Origin: Eledone cirrhosa
Lineage: Eukaryota
Length of the DNA: 64,000 nt
Reading direction: 5' to 3'
Assembly: GCA_964016885.1 (NCBI GenBank)
Contig: OZ024742.1
Coordinates: 166,470,001 to 166,534,000 of the forward strand
The position numbers and the translations under genes were made by a program. The notes beneath the pieces were generated by a model. It was given only the letters and a program-made list of their open reading frames with translations. It was not told where the DNA came from and did no database searches. Positions 26,450 through 41,099 of the stretch are shown piece after piece; position 1 is the stretch's first letter; the number at the start of each line of letters is the position of its first letter.

Positions 26450-27900
26450 AAAATCAAGGGGAGATAATTTCCAGCCGTCCAAGGGGAGATAATTTTCAGC
26501 CGTCCAAGGGGAGATAATTTCCAGCCGTCCAAGGGGAGATAATTTCCATCCTTCCAAGGGGAGATAATTTCCAGCCGTCCAAGGGGAGATAATTTCCCGC
26601 CAACCAAGGGAAGATAATTTTTTAAAAAATCAGGCGGAGATTGTAAAAAAAATCAGGGGGAGATAATTTGTAAAAAAATCAGGGGGAGATAATTTGTAAA
26701 AAAAAATCAGGGGGAGATAATTTGTAAAAAAAATCAGGGGGAGATAATTTGTAAAAAAAAATCAAGGGGAGATAATTTGTAAAAAAAAATCAGGGGGAGA
26801 TAATTTGTAAAAAAAAATCAGGGGGAGGTAATTTGTAAAAAAAATCAAGGGGAGATAATTTCCAGCCGTCCAAGGGAAGATAATTTCCAGCCCTCCAAGG
26901 GGCTATAATTTCCAGCGTCCAAGGGGAGATAATTTCCAGCCAGCGAAGGGGAGATAATTTTTTTTTTTTTAAATCAGGGGGACATAATTTGTAAAAAAAA
27001 TCAGGGGGAGATAATTTGTAAAAAAAATCAAGGGGAGATAATTTGTAAAAAAAAATCAGGGGGAGATAATTTGTAAAAAAAAATCAGGGGGAGATAATTT
27101 GTAAAAAAAATCAAGGGGAGATAATTTGTAAAAAAAAATCAAGGGGAGATAATTTCCAGCCGTCCAAGGGGAGATAATTTTCAGCCGTCCAAGGGGAGAT
27201 AATTTCCCGCCAGCCAATGAAAGATAATATTTAAAAAAATCAGGCGGAGATAATTTGTAAAAAAAATCAGGGGGAGATAATTTGTAAAAAAATCAGGGGG
27301 AGATAATTTGTAAAAAAAAATCAGGGGGAGATAATTTGTAAAAAAAAATCAGGGGGAGATAATTTGTAAAAAAAATCAGGGGGAGATAATTTGTAAAAAA
27401 AATCAATTGGAGATAATTTCCAGCCGTCCAAGGGGAGATAATTTTCAGCCGTCCAAGGAGAGGTAATTTCTAGACGTCCAAGAGGAGATAATTTCCAGCC
27501 GTCCAAGGGGAGATAATTTCCAGCCGTCCAAGGGTAGATAATATCCAGCCGTCCAAGGAGACATATTTTCCAGCTTTCCAAGGAGAGGTAATTTCTAGCC
27601 GTCCAAGGGGAGATAAATTCCAGCCTCCAAGGGGAGATAATTTCCAGCCAGCCAAGGGGAGATAATTTGTAAAAAAATCAGGGGGAGATAATTTGTAAAA
27701 AAAATCAGGGGGAGATAATTTGTAAAAAAAATCAGGGGGAGATAATTTGTAAAAAACATCAAGGGGAGATAATTTCCAGCCGTCCAAGGGGAGATAATTT
27801 TCAGCCGTCCAAGGGGAGATAATTTCCCGCCAGCCAAGGGAAGATAATATTTAAAAAATGAGGCGGAGATAATTTGTAAAAAAAATCAGGGGGAGATAAT
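26450..27900 (+). repeat. Segment duplicated at ~37.1-38.57 kb (offset 10,642-10,669)
   Basis: ORF offsets are 26607/37249 = 10642 and 27321/37990 = 10669, a difference of one 27-bp B monomer. Shared variants are CCAATGAAAG, TCAATTGGAG and AAACATC. Confidence 0.85.
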
Positions 27901-27959
27901 TTGTAAAAAAATCAGGGGGAGATAATTTGTAAAAAAAAATCAGGGGGAGATAATTTGTA

Positions 27960-30750
27960 AAAAAAATCAGGGGGAGATAATTAGTAAAAAAAATCAAGGG
28001 GAGATAATTTCCAGCCGTCCAAGGGGAGGTAATATCTAGCCGTCCAAGGGGAGATAATTTCCAGCCGTCCAAGGGGAGATAATTTCCAGCCGTCCAAGGG
28101 TAGATAATATCCAGCCGTCCAAGTAGACATATTTTCCAGCCGTCCAAGGAGAGGTAATTTCTAGCCGTCCAAGGGGAGATAAATTCCAGCCTCCAAGGGG
28201 AGATAATTTCCAGCCAGCCAAGGGGAGATAATTTGTAAAAAAATCAGGGGGAGATAATTTGTAAAAAAAATCAGGGGGAGATAATTTGTAAAAAAAAATC
28301 AGGGGGAGATAATTTGTAAAAAAAAATCAGGGGGAGATAATTTGTAAAAAAAATCAGGGGGAGATAATTTGTAAAAAAAAATCAGGGGGAGATAATTTGT
28401 AAAAAAAAATCAGGGGGAGATAATTTTTTAAAAAAAATCAGGGGGAGATAATTTGTAAAAAAAATCAAGGGGAGATAATTTCCAGCCGTCCAAGGGGAGA
28501 TAATTTCCAGCCGTCCAAGGGGAGGTAATATCTAGCCGTCCAAGGGGAGATAATTTCCAGCCGTCCAAGAGGAGATAATTTCCAGCCGTCCAAGGGTAGA
28601 TAATATCCAGCCGTCCAAGGAGACATATTTTCCAGCCGTCCAAGGAGAGGTAATTTCTAGCCGTCCAAGGGGAGATAAATTCCAGCCTCCAAGGGGAGAT
28701 AATTTGTAAAAAAAATCAGGGGGAGATAATTTGTAAAAAAAATCAGGGGGAGATAATTTGTAAAAAAAAATCAGGGGGAGATAATTTGTAAAAAAAATCA
28801 GGGGGAGATAATTTGTAAAAACAAATCAAGGGGAGATAATTTCCAGCCGTCCAAGGGGAGATAATTTTCAGCCGCCCAAGGGGAGATAATTTCCCGCCAG
28901 CCAAGGGAAGATAATATTTAAAAAATCAGGCGGAGATAATTTGTAAAAAAAATCAGGGGGAGATAATTTGTAAAAAAATCAGGGGGAGATAATTTGTAAA
29001 AAAAAAATCAGGGGGAGATAATTTGTAAAAAAAATCAGGGGGAGATGATTTGTAAAAAAAATCAGGGGTAGATAATTTGTAAAAAAAAATCAGGGGGAGA
29101 TAATTTGTAAAAAAAAATCAGGGGGAGATAATTTGTAAAAAAAATCAAGAGGAGATAATTTCCAGCCGTCCAAGGGGAGATAATTTTCAGCCGTCCAAGG
29201 GGAGATAATTTCCAGCCGTCCAAGGGGAGATAATTTCCATCCTTCCAAGGGGAGATAATTTCCAGCCGTCCAAGGGGAGATAATTTCCCGCCAACCAAGG
29301 GAAGATAATTTTTAAAAAAATCAGGCGGAGATTGTAAAAAAAATCAGGGGGAGATAATTTGTAAAAAAATCAGGGGGAGATAATTTGTAAAAAAAAAATC
29401 AGGGGGAGATAATTTGTAAAAAAAATCAGGGGGAGATAATTTGTAAAAAAAAATCAAGGGGAGATAATTTGTACAAAAAATCAGGGGTATATAATTTGTA
29501 AAAAAAAATCAGGGGGAGATAATTTGTAAAAAAAAATCAGGGGGAGATAATTTGTAAAAAAAATCAAGGGGAGATAATTTGCAGCCGTCCAAGGGGAGAT
29601 AATTTTCAGCCGTCCAAGGAGAGGTAATTTCTAGCCGTCCAAGGTGAGATAATATCCAGCCGTCCAAGGGGAGATAATTTCCAGCCGTCCAAGGGGAGAT
29701 AATTTAAAAAAAAAACAGGCGAAGATAATTTGTAAAAAAAAAATCAGGGGGAGATAATTTGTAAAAAAAAATCAGGGGGAGATAATTTGTAAAAAAAATC
29801 AGGGGGAGGTAATTTGTAAAAAAAATCAAGGGGAGATAATTTCCAGCCGTCCAAGGGAAGATAATTTCCAGCCCTCCAAGGGGCTATAATTTCCAGCGTC
29901 CAAGGGGAGATAATTTCCAGCCAGCGAAGGGGAGATAATTTTTTTTTTTTTAAATCAGGGGGACATAATTTGTAAAAAAAATCAGGGGGAGATAATTTGT
30001 AAAAAAAATCAAGGGGAGATAATTTGTAAAAAAAAATCAGGGGGAGATAATTTGTAAAAAAAAATCAGGGGGAGATAATTTGTAAAAAAAATTAAGGGGA
30101 GATAATTTGTAAAAAAAAATCAAGGGGAGATAATTTCCAGCCGTCCAAGGAGAGGTAATTTCTAGACGTCCAAGGGGAGATAATTTCCAGCCGTCCAAGG
30201 GGAGATAATTTCCAGCCGTCCAAGGGTAGATAATATCCAGCCGTCCAAGGAGACATATTTTCCAGCTTTCCAAGGAGAGGTAATTTCTAGCCGTCCAAGG
30301 GGAGATAAATTCCAGCCTCCAAGGGGAGATAATTTCCAGCCAGCCAAGAGGAGATAATTTGTAAAAAAAATCAGGGGGAGATAATTTGTAAAAAAAATCA
30401 GGGGGAGATAATTTGTAAAAAAAATCAGGGGGAGATAATTTCCAGCCGTCCAAGGGGAGATAATTTTCAGCCGTCCAAGGGGAGATAATTTCCCGCCAGC
30501 CAAGGGAAGATAATATTTAAAAAATGAGGCGGAGATAATTTGTAAAAAAAATCGGGGAGATAATTTGTAAAAAAATCAGGGGGAGATAATTTGTAAAAAA
30601 AAAATGAGGGGGAGATAATTTGTAAAAAAAATCAGGGGGAGATAATTTGTAAAAAAAAATCAGGGGTAGATAATTTGTAAAAAAAAATCAGGGGGAGATA
30701 ATTTGTAAAAAAAATCAGGGGGAGATAATTTATAAAAAAAATCAAGGGGA
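27960..30750 (+). repeat. Segment duplicated at ~34.3-37.1 kb (offset 6351-6352)
   Basis: ORF offsets are 28643/34994, 29062/35413 and 30037/36389. Shared variants are GTACAAAAAATCAGGGGTATAT, ACAGGCGAAG and CCAGCTTTCC. Confidence 0.87.
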
Positions 30751-33599
30751 GATAATTTCCAGCCGTCCAAGGGAAGATAATTTCAAGCCCACCAAGGGGC
30801 TATAATTTCCAGTGTCCAAGGGGAGATAATTTCCAGCCAGCGAAGGGGAGATAATTTTTTTTTAAAAATCAGGGGGAGATTTGTAAAAAAAATCAGGGGG
30901 AGATAATTTGTAAAAAAAATCAAAGGGAGATAATTTCCAGCCGTCCAAAGAGATAATTTCTAGCCGTCCAAGGGGAGATAATTTCGAGCCAAGGGGAGAT
31001 AATTTCCAGCCGTCCAAGGGGAGATAATTTTTTAAAAAATCAGGTGGAGATAATTTGTAAAAAAAATCAGGGGGAGATAATTTGTAAAAACAAAATCAAG
31101 GGCAGATAATTTCCAGCTGTCCAAGGGGAGATAATTTCCAGCCGTGCAAGGGGAGATAATTTCCAGCCGTCCAAGGGGAGATAATTTCCATCCTTCCAAG
31201 GGGAGATAATTTCCAGCCGTCCAAGGGGAGATAATTTCCCGCCAGCCAAGGGAAGATAATTTTTTAAAAAATCAGGCGGAGATTGTAAAAAAAATCAGGG
31301 GGAGATAATTTGTAAAAAAATCAGGGGGAGATAATTTGTAAAAAAATCAAGGGGAGATAATTTCCAGCTGTCCAAGGGGAGGTAATATCTAGCCGTCCAA
31401 GGGGAGATAATTTCCAGCCGTCCAAGGGGAGATAATTTCCAGCCGTCCAAGGGTAGATAATATCCAGCCGTCCAAGGAGACATATTTTCCAGCCGTCCAA
31501 GGAGAGGTAATTTCTAGCCGTCCAAGTGGAGATAAATTCCAGCCTCCAAGGGGAGATAATTTCCAGCCAGCCAAGGGGAGATAATTTGTAAAAAAATCAG
31601 GGGGAGATAATTTGTAAAAAAAATCAGGGGGAGATAATTTGTAAAAAAAAATCAGGGGGAGATAATTTGTAAAAAAAATCAGGGGGAGATAATTTGTAAA
31701 AAAAATCAAGGGGAGATAATTTCCAGCCGTCCAAGGGGAGATAATTTTCAGCCGTCCAAGGGGAGATAATTTCCCGCCAGCCAAGGCAAGATAATATTTA
31801 AAAAATGAGGCGGAGATAATTTGTAAAAAAAAATCAGGGGTAGATAATTTGTAAAAAAAATCAGGGGGAGATAATTTGTAAAAAAAATCACGGGGAGATA
31901 ATTTCCAGCCGTCCAAGGAGAGATAATTTTTAAAAAAAATCAGGCGGAGATAATTTGTAAAAAAAAAATCAGGGGGAGATAATTTGTAAAAAAAAATCAG
32001 GGGGAGATAATTTGTAAAAAAAATCAAGGGGAGATAATTTCCAGCCGTCCAAGGGGAGATAATTTTCAGCCGTCCAAGGGGAGATAATTTCCAGCCGTCC
32101 AAGGGGAGATAATTTTAAAAAAAAATCAGGGGGAGATAATTTGTAAAAAAAAAATCAGGGGGAGATAATTTGTAAAAAAAAATCAGGGGGAGATAATTTG
32201 TAAAAAAAATCAAGGGGAGATAATTTGCAACCGTCAAAGGGGACATAATTTTCAGTCGTCCAAGGAGAGGTAATTTCTAGCCGTACAAGGGGAGATAATT
32301 TCCAGCCCTCCAAGGGGAGATAATTTCCAGCCGTCCAAGGGGAAATAATTTTTTTTTAAAAATCAGGCGGAGATAATTTGTAAAAAAAAAATCAGGGGGA
32401 GATAATTTGTAAAAAAAAATCAGGGGGAGATAATTTGTAAAAAAAAATCAGGGGGAGATAATTTGTAAAAAAAATCAAGGGGAGATAATTTCCAGCCGTC
32501 CAAGGGAAGATAATTTCCAGCCCTCCAAGGGGCTATAATTTCCAGCGTCCAAGGGGAGATAATTTCCAGCCAGCGAAGGGGAGATAATTGTTTTAAAAAA
32601 ATCATTGGGAGATTTGTAAAAAAAATCAGGGGGAGATAATTAATAAAAAAAATCAAGGGGAGATAATTTCCAGCCGTCCAAGGGGAGGTAATATCTAGCC
32701 GTCCAAGGGGAGATAATTTCCAGCCGTCCAAGGGGAGATAATTTCCAGCCGTCCAAGGGTAGATAATATCCAGCCGTCCAAGGAGACATATTTTCCAGCC
32801 GTCCAAGGAGAGGTAATTTCTAGCCGTCCAAGGGGAGATAAATTCCAGCCTCCAAGGGGAGATAATTTCCAGCCAGCCAAGGGGAGATAATTTGTAAAAA
32901 AATCAGGGGGAGATAATTTGTAAAAAAAATCAGGGGTAGATAATTTGTAAAAAAAAATCAGGGGGAGATAATTTGTAAAAAAAAATCAGGGGGAGATAAT
33001 TTGTAAAAAAAAATCAAGGGGAGATAATTTCCAGCCGTCCAAGGAGAGATAATTTTAAAAAAAAATCAGGCGGAGATAATTTGTAAAAAAAAATCAGGGG
33101 GAGATAATTTGTAAAAAAAAATCAGGGGGAGATAATTTGTAAAAAAAATCAAGGGGAGATAATTTCCAGCCGTCCAAGGGGAGATAATTTCCAGCCGTCC
33201 AAGGGGAGATAATTTTTTTAAAAAAATCAGGCGGAGATAATTTGTAAAAAAAATCAGGGGGAGATAATTTGTAAAAAAAAATCAGGGGGAGATAATTTGT
33301 AAAAAAAAATCAGGGGGAGATAATTTCCAGCCGTCCAAGGTAAGATAATTTCCAGCCCTCCAAGGGGCTATAATTTCCAGCCGTCCAAGGGTAGATAATA
33401 TCCAGCCGTCCAAGTAGACATATTTTCCAGCCGTCCAAGGAGAGGTAATTTCTAGCCGTCCAAGGGGAGATAAATTCCAGCCTCCAAGGGGAGATAATTT
33501 CCAGCCAGCCAAGGGGAGATAATTTGTAAAAAAATCAGGTGGAGATAATTTTTTAAAAAAATCAGGGGGAGATAATTTGTAAAAAAAAATCAGGGGGAG

Positions 33600-36500
33600 A
33601 TAATTTGTAAAAAAAAATCAGGGGGAGATAATTTGTAAAAAAAAATCAGGGGGAGATAATTTGTAAAAAAATTCAAGGGGAGATAATTTCCAGCCGTCCA
33701 AGGGAAGATAATTTCCAGCCCTCCAAGGGGCTATAATTTCCAGCGTCCAAGGGGAGATAATTTCCAGCCAGCGAAGGGGAGATAATTGTTTTAAAAAAAT
33801 CATTGGGAGATTTGTAAAAAAAATCAGGGGGAGATAATTAATAAAAAAAATCAAGGGGAGATAATTCCAGCCGTCCAAGGGGAGGTAATATCTAGCCGTC
33901 CAAGGGGAGATAATTTCCAGCCGTCCAAGGGGAGATAATTTCCAGCCGTCCAAGGGTAGATAATATCCAGCCGTCCAAGGAGACATATTTTCCAGCCGTC
34001 CAAGGAGAGGTAATTTCTAGCCGTCCAAGGGGAGATAAATTCCAGCCTCCAAGGGGAGATAATTTCCAGCCAGCCAAGGGGAGATAATTTGTAAAAAAAT
34101 CAGGGGGAGATAATTTGTAAAAAAAGTCAGGGGTAGATAATTTGTAAAAAAAAATCAGGGGGAGATAATTTGTAAAAAAAAATCAGGGGGAGATAATTTG
34201 TAAAAAAAATCAAGGGGAGATAATTTCCAGCCGTCCAAGGAGAGATAATTTTAAAAAAAAAATCAGGCGGTGATAATTTGTAAAAAAAAATCAGGGGGAG
34301 ATAATTTGTAAAAAAAATCAGGGGGAGATAATTAGTAAAAAAAATCAAGGGGAGATAATTTCCAGCCGTCCAAGGGGAGGTAATATCTAGCCGTCCAAGG
34401 GGAGATAATTTCCAGCCGTCCAAGGGGAGATAATTTCCAGCCGTCCAAGGGTAGATAATATCCAGCCGTCCAAGTAGACATATTTTCCAGCCGTCCAAGG
34501 AGAGGTAATTTCTAGCCGTCCAAGGGGAGATAAATTCCAGCCTCCAAGGGGAGATAATTTCTAGCCAGCCAAGGGGAGATAATTTGTAAAAAAATCAGGG
34601 GGAGATAATTTGTAAAAAAAATCAGGGGGAGATAATTTGTAAAAAAAAATCAGGGGGAGATAATTTGTAAAAAAAAATCAGGGGGAGATAATTTGTAAAA
34701 AAAATCAGGGGGAGATAATTTGTAAAAAAAAATCAGGGGGAGATAATTTGTAAAAAAAAATCAGGGGGAGATAATTTTTAAAAAAAAATCAGGGGGAGAT
34801 AATTTGTAAAAAAAATCAAGGGGAGATAATTTCCAGCCGTCCAAGGGGAGATAATTTCCAGCCGTCCAAGGGGAGGTAATATCTAGCCGTCCAAGGGGAG
34901 ATAATTTCCAGCCGTCCAAGAGGAGATAATTTCCAGCCGTCCAAGGGTAGATAATATCCAGCCGTCCAAGGAGACATATTTTCCAGCCGTCCAAGGAGAG
35001 GTAATTTCTAGCCGTCGAAGGGGAGATAAATTCCAGCCTCCAAGGGGAGATAATTTGTAAAAAAAATCAGGGGGAGATAATTTGTAAAAAAAATCAGGGG
35101 GAGATAATTTGTAAAAAAAAATCAGGGGGAGATAATTTGTAAAAAAAATCAGGGGGAGATAATTTGTAAAAACAAATCAAGGGGAGATAATTTCCAGCCG
35201 TCCAAGGGGAGATAATTTTCAGCCGCCCAAGGGGAGATAATTTCCCGCCAGCCAAGGGAAGATAATATTTAAAAAATCAGGCGGAGATAATTTGTAAAAA
35301 AAATCAGGGGGAGATAATTTGTAAAAAAATCAGGGGGAGATAATTTGTAAAAAAAAAATCAGGGGGAGATAATTTGTAAAAAAAATCAGGGGGAGATGAT
35401 TTGTAAAAAAAATCAGGGGTAGATAATTTGTAAAAAAAAATCAGGGGGAGATAATTTGTAAAAAAAAATCAGGGGGAGATAATTTGTAAAAAAAATCAAG
35501 AGGAGATAATTTCCAGCCGTCCAAGGGGAGATAATTTTCAGCCGTCCAAGGGGAGATAATTTCCAGCCGTCCAAGGGGAGATAATTTCCATCCTTCCAAG
35601 GGGAGATAATTTCCAGCCGTCCAAGGGGAGATAATTTCCCGCCAACCAAGGGAAGATAATTTTTAAAAAAATCAGGCGGAGATTGTAAAAAAAATCAGGG
35701 GGAGATAATTTGTAAAAAAATCAGGGGGAGATAATTTGTAAAAAAAAAATCAGGGGGAGATAATTTGTAAAAAAAATCAGGGGGAGATAATTTGTAAAAA
35801 AAAATCAAGGGGAGATAATTTGTACAAAAAATCAGGGGTATATAATTTGTAAAAAAAAATCAGGGGGAGATAATTTGTAAAAAAAAATCAGGGGGAGATA
35901 ATTTGTAAAAAAAATCAAGGGGAGATAATTTGCAGCCGTCCAAGGGGAGATAATTTTCAGCCGTCCAAGGAGAGGTAATTTCTAGCCGTCCAAGGTGAGA
36001 TAATATCCAGCCGTCCAAGGGGAGATAATTTCCAGCCGTCCAAGGGGAGATAATTTAAAAAAAAAAACAGGCGAAGATAATTTGTAAAAAAAAAATCAGG
36101 GGGAGATAATTTGTAAAAAAAAATCAGGGGGAGATAATTTGTAAAAAAAATCAGGGGGAGGTAATTTGTAAAAAAAATCAAGGGGAGATAATTTCCAGCC
36201 GTCCAAGGGAAGATAATTTCCAGCCCTCCAAGGGGCTATAATTTCCAGCGTCCAAGGGGAGATAATTTCCAGCCAGCGAAGGGGAGATAATTTTTTTTTT
36301 TTAAAATCAGGGGGACATAATTTGTAAAAAAAATCAGGGGGAGATAATTTGTAAAAAAAATCAAGGGGAGATAATTTGTAAAAAAAAATCAGGGGGAGAT
36401 AATTTGTAAAAAAAAATCAGGGGGAGATAATTTGTAAAAAAAATTAAGGGGAGATAATTTGTAAAAAAAAATCAAGGGGAGATAATTTCCAGCCGTCCAA

Positions 36501-37100
36501 GGAGAGGTAATTTCTAGACGTCCAAGGGGAGATAATTTCCAGCCGTCCAAGGGGAGATAATTTCCAGCCGTCCAAGGGTAGATAATATCCAGCCGTCCAA
36601 GGAGACATATTTTCCAGCTTTCCAAGGAGAGGTAATTTCTAGCCGTCCAAGGGGAGATAAATTCCAGCCTCCAAGGGGAGATAATTTCCAGCCAGCCAAG
36701 AGGAGATAATTTGTAAAAAAAATCAGGGGGAGATAATTTGTAAAAAAAATCAGGGGGAGATAATTTGTAAAAAAAATCAGGGGGAGATAATTTCCAGCCG
36801 TCCAAGGGGAGATAATTTTCAGCCGTCCAAGGGGAGATAATTTCCCGCCAGCCAAGGGAAGATAATATTTAAAAAATGAGGCGGAGATAATTTGTAAAAA
36901 AAATCAGGGGGAGATAATTTGTAAAAAAATCAGGGGGAGATAATTTGTAAAAAAAAAATCAGGGGGAGATAATTTGTAAAAAAAATCAGGGGGAGATAAT
37001 TTGTAAAAAAAAATCAGGGGTAGATAATTTGTAAAAAAAAATCAGGGGGAGATAATTTGTAAAAAAAATCAGGGGGAGATAATTTATAAAAAAAATCAAG
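33600..37100 (+). repeat. Segment duplicated at ~40.39-43.85 kb (offset 6785, then 6730)
   Basis: ORF offsets are 33618/40403 and 34127/40912 = 6785, then 34761/41491 to 36514/43244 = 6730. The 55-bp change equals two B monomers. Shared variants are AAAGTCAGG, GGCGGTGAT and GATAATTCCAG. Confidence 0.88.
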
Positions 37101-40100
37101 GGGAGATAATTTCCAGCCGTCCAAGGGGAGATAATTTTCAGCCGTCCAAGGGGAGATAATTTCCAGCCGTCCAAGGGGAGATAATTTCCATCCTTCCAAG
37201 GGGAGATAATTTCCAGCCGTCCAAGGGGAGATAATTTCCCGCCAACCAAGGGAAGATAATTTTTTAAAAAATCAGGCGGAGATTGTAAAAAAAATCAGGG
37301 GGAGATAATTTGTAAAAAAATCAGGGGGAGATAATTTGTAAAAAAAAATCAGGGGGAGATAATTTGTAAAAAAAATCAGGGGGAGATAATTTGTAAAAAA
37401 AAATCAAGGGGAGATAATTTGTAAAAAAAAATCAGGGGGAGATAATTTGTAAAAAAAATCAGGGGGAGGTAATTTGTAAAAAAAATCAAGGGGAGATAAT
37501 TTCCAGCCGTCCAAGGGAAGATAATTTCCAGCCCTCCAAGGGGCTATAATTTCCAGCGTCCAAGGGGAGATAATTTCCAGCCAGCGAAGGGGAGATAATT
37601 TTTTTTTTTTTAAATCAGGGGGACATAATTTGTAAAAAAAATCAGGGGGAGATAATTTGTAAAAAAAATCAAGGGGAGATAATTTGTAAAAAAAAATCAG
37701 GGGGAGATAATTTGTAAAAAAAAATCAGGGGGAGATAATTTGTAAAAAAAATCAAGGGGAGATAATTTGTAAAAAAAAATCAAGGGGAGATAATTTCCAG
37801 CCGTCCAAGGGGAGATAATTTTCAGCCGTCCAAGGGGAGATAATTTCCCGCCAGCCAATGAAAGATAATATTTAAAAAAATCAGGCGGAGATAATTTGTA
37901 AAAAAAATCAGGGGGAGATAATTTGTAAAAAAATCAGGGGGAGATAATTTGTAAAAAAAAAATCAGGGGGAGATAATTTGTAAAAAAAATCAGGGGGAGA
38001 TAATTTGTAAAAAAAAATCAGGGGGAGATAATTTGTAAAAAAAATCAGGGGGAGATAATTTGTAAAAAAAATCAATTGGAGATAATTTCCAGCCGTCCAA
38101 GGGGAGATAATTTTCAGCCGTCCAAGGAGAGGTAATTTCTAGACGTCCAAGAGGAGATAATTTCCAGCCGTCCAAGGGGAGATAATTTCCAGCCGTCCAA
38201 GGGTAGATAATATCCAGCCGTCCAAGGAGACATATTTTCCAGCTTTCCAAGGAGAGGTAATTTCTAGCCGTCCAAGGGGAGATAAATTCCAGCCTCCAAG
38301 GGGAGATAATTTCCAGCCAGCCAAGGGGAGATAATTTGTAAAAAAATCAGGGGGAGATAATTTGTAAAAAAAATCAGGGGGAGATAATTTGTAAAAAAAA
38401 TCAGGGGGAGATAATTTGTAAAAAACATCAAGGGGAGATAATTTCCAGCCGTCCAAGGGGAGATAATTTTCAGCCGTCCAAGGGGAGATAATTTCCCGCC
38501 AGCCAAGGGAAGATAATATTTAAAAAATGAGGCGGAGATAATTTGTAAAAAAAATCAGGGGGAGATAATTTGTAAAAAAATCAGGGGGAGATAATTTGTA
38601 AAAAAAAAATCAGGGGGAGATAATTTGTAAAAAAAATCAGGGGGAGATAATTTGTAAAAAAAAATCAGGGGTAGATAATTTGTAAAAAAAAATCAGGGGG
38701 AGATAATTTGTAAAAAAAATCAGGGGGAGATAATTTGTAAAAAAAATCAAGGGGAGATAATTTCCAGCCGTCCAAGGGAAGATAATTTCAAGCCCTCCAA
38801 GGGGCTATAATTTCCAGTGTCCAAGGGGAGATAATTTCCAGCCAGCGAAGGGGAGATAATTTTTTTTAAAAATCAGGGGGAGATTTGTAAAAAAAATCAG
38901 GGGGAGATAATTTGTAAAAAAAATCAAAGGGAGATAATTTCCAGCCGTCCAAAGAGAGATAATTTCTAGCCGTCCAAGGGGAGATAATTTCGAGCCAAGG
39001 GGAGATAATTTCCAGCCGTCCAAGGGGAGATAATTTTTTAAAAAATCAGGTGCAGATAATTTGTAAAAAAAATCAGGGGGAGATAATTTGTAAAAACAAA
39101 ATCAAGGGCAGATAATTTCCAGCTGTCCAAGGGGAGATAATTTCCAGCCGTGCAAGGGGAGATAATTTCCAGCCGTCCAAGGGGAGATAATTTCCATCCT
39201 TCCAAGGGGAGATAATTTCCAGCCGTCCAAGGGGAGATAATTTCCCGCCAGCCAAAGGAAGATAATTTTTTAAAAAATCAGGCGGAGATTGTAAAAAAAA
39301 TCAGGGGGAGATAATTTGTAAAAAAATCAGGTGGAGATAATTTGTAAAAAAATCAAGGGGAGATAATTTCCAGCTGTCCAAGGGGAGGTAATATCTAGCC
39401 GTCCAAGGGGAGATAATTTCCAGCCGTCCAAGGGGAGATAATTTCCAGCCGTCCAAGGGTAGATAATATCCAGCCGTCCAAGGAGACATATTTTCCAGCC
39501 CTCCAAGGAGAGGTAATTTCTAGCCGTCCAAGTGGAGATAAATTCCAGCCTCCAAGGGGAGATAATTTCCAGCCAGCCAAGGGGAGATAATTTGTAAAAA
39601 AATCAGGGGGAGATAATTTGTAAAAAAAATCAGGGGGAGATAATTTGTAAAAAAAAATCAGGGGGAGATAATTTGTAAAAAAAATCAGGGGGAGATAATT
39701 TGTAAAAAAAATCAAGGGGAGATAATTTCCAGCCGTCCAAGGGGAGATAATTTTCAGCCGTCCAAGGGGAGATAATTTCCCGCCAGCCAAGGGAAGATAA
39801 TATTTAAAAAATGAGGCGGAGATAATTTGTAAAAAAAATCAGGGGGAGATAATTTGTAAAAAAATCAGGGGGAGATAATTTGTAAAAAAAAATCAGGGGG
39901 AGATAATTTGTAAAAAAAAATCAGGGGGAGATAATTTGTAAAAAAAATTAGGGGGAGATAATTTGTAAAAAAAAATCAGGGGTAGATAATTTGTAAAAAA
40001 AAATCAGGGGGAGATAATTTGTAAAAAAAATCAGGGGGAGATAATTTGTAAAAAAAATCAAGGGGAGATAATTTCCAGCCGTCCAAGGAGAGATAATTTA

Positions 40101-41099
40101 AAAAAAAAATCAGGCGGAGATAATTTGTAAAAAAAAATCAGGGGGAGATAATTTGTAAAAAAAAATCAGGGGGAGATAATTTGTAAAAAAAATCAAGGGG
40201 AGATAATTTCCAGCCGTCCAAGGGGAGATAATTTTCAGCCGTCCAAGGGGAGATAATTTCCAGCCGTCCAAGGGGAGATAATTTCCAGCCGTCCAAGGGG
40301 AGATAATTTCCAGCCGTCCAAGGGGAGATAATTTTTTTTTAAAAATCAGGCGGAGATAATTTGTAAAAAAAAAATCAGGGGGAGATAATTTGTAAAAAAA
40401 AATCAGGGGGAGATAATTTGTAAAAAAAAATCAGGGGGAGATAATTTGTAAAAAAAATCAAGGGGAGATAATTTCCAGCCGTCCAAGGGAAGATAATTTC
40501 CAGCCCTCCAAGGGGCTATAATTTCCAGCGTCCAAGGGGAGATAATTTCCAGCCAGCGAAGGGGAGATAATTGTTTTAAAAAAATCATTGGGAGATTTGT
40601 AAAAAAAATCAGGGGGAGATAATTAATAAAAAAAATCAAGGGGAGATAATTCCAGCCGTCCAAGGGGAGGTAATATCTAGCCGTCCAAGGGGAGATAATT
40701 TCCAGCCGTCCAAGGGGAGATAATTTCCAGCCGTCCAAGGGTAGATAATATCCAGCCGTCCAAGGAGACATATTTTCCAGCCGTCCAAGGAGAGGTAATT
40801 TCTAGCCGTCCAAGGGGAGATAAATTCCAGCCTCCAAGGGGAGATAATTTCCAGCCAGCCAAGGGGAGATAATTTGTAAAAAAATCAGGGGGAGATAATT
40901 TGTAAAAAAAGTCAGGGGTAGATAATTTGGAAAAAAAAATCAGGGGGAGATAATTTGTAAAAAAAAATCAGGGGGAGATAATTTGTAAAAAAAATCAAGG
41001 GGAGATAATTTCCAGCCGTCCAAGGAGAGATAATTTTAAAAAAAAAATCAGGCGGTGATAATTTGTAAAAAAAAATCAGGGGGAGATAATTTGTAAAAA

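Larger units (their letters stand above)
23843..37553 (+). repeat. Copy 1 of a >=13.7-kb near-identical duplication (offset 26,447)
   Basis: ORFs from 23944 to 37014 have identical partners at +26447 (50391 to 63461). Rare variants CAGCCGGAG, GTGGACATA, CAGGATGAG, AAGGAATGAT and CAAGCCCACC occur in both copies. Confidence 0.95.
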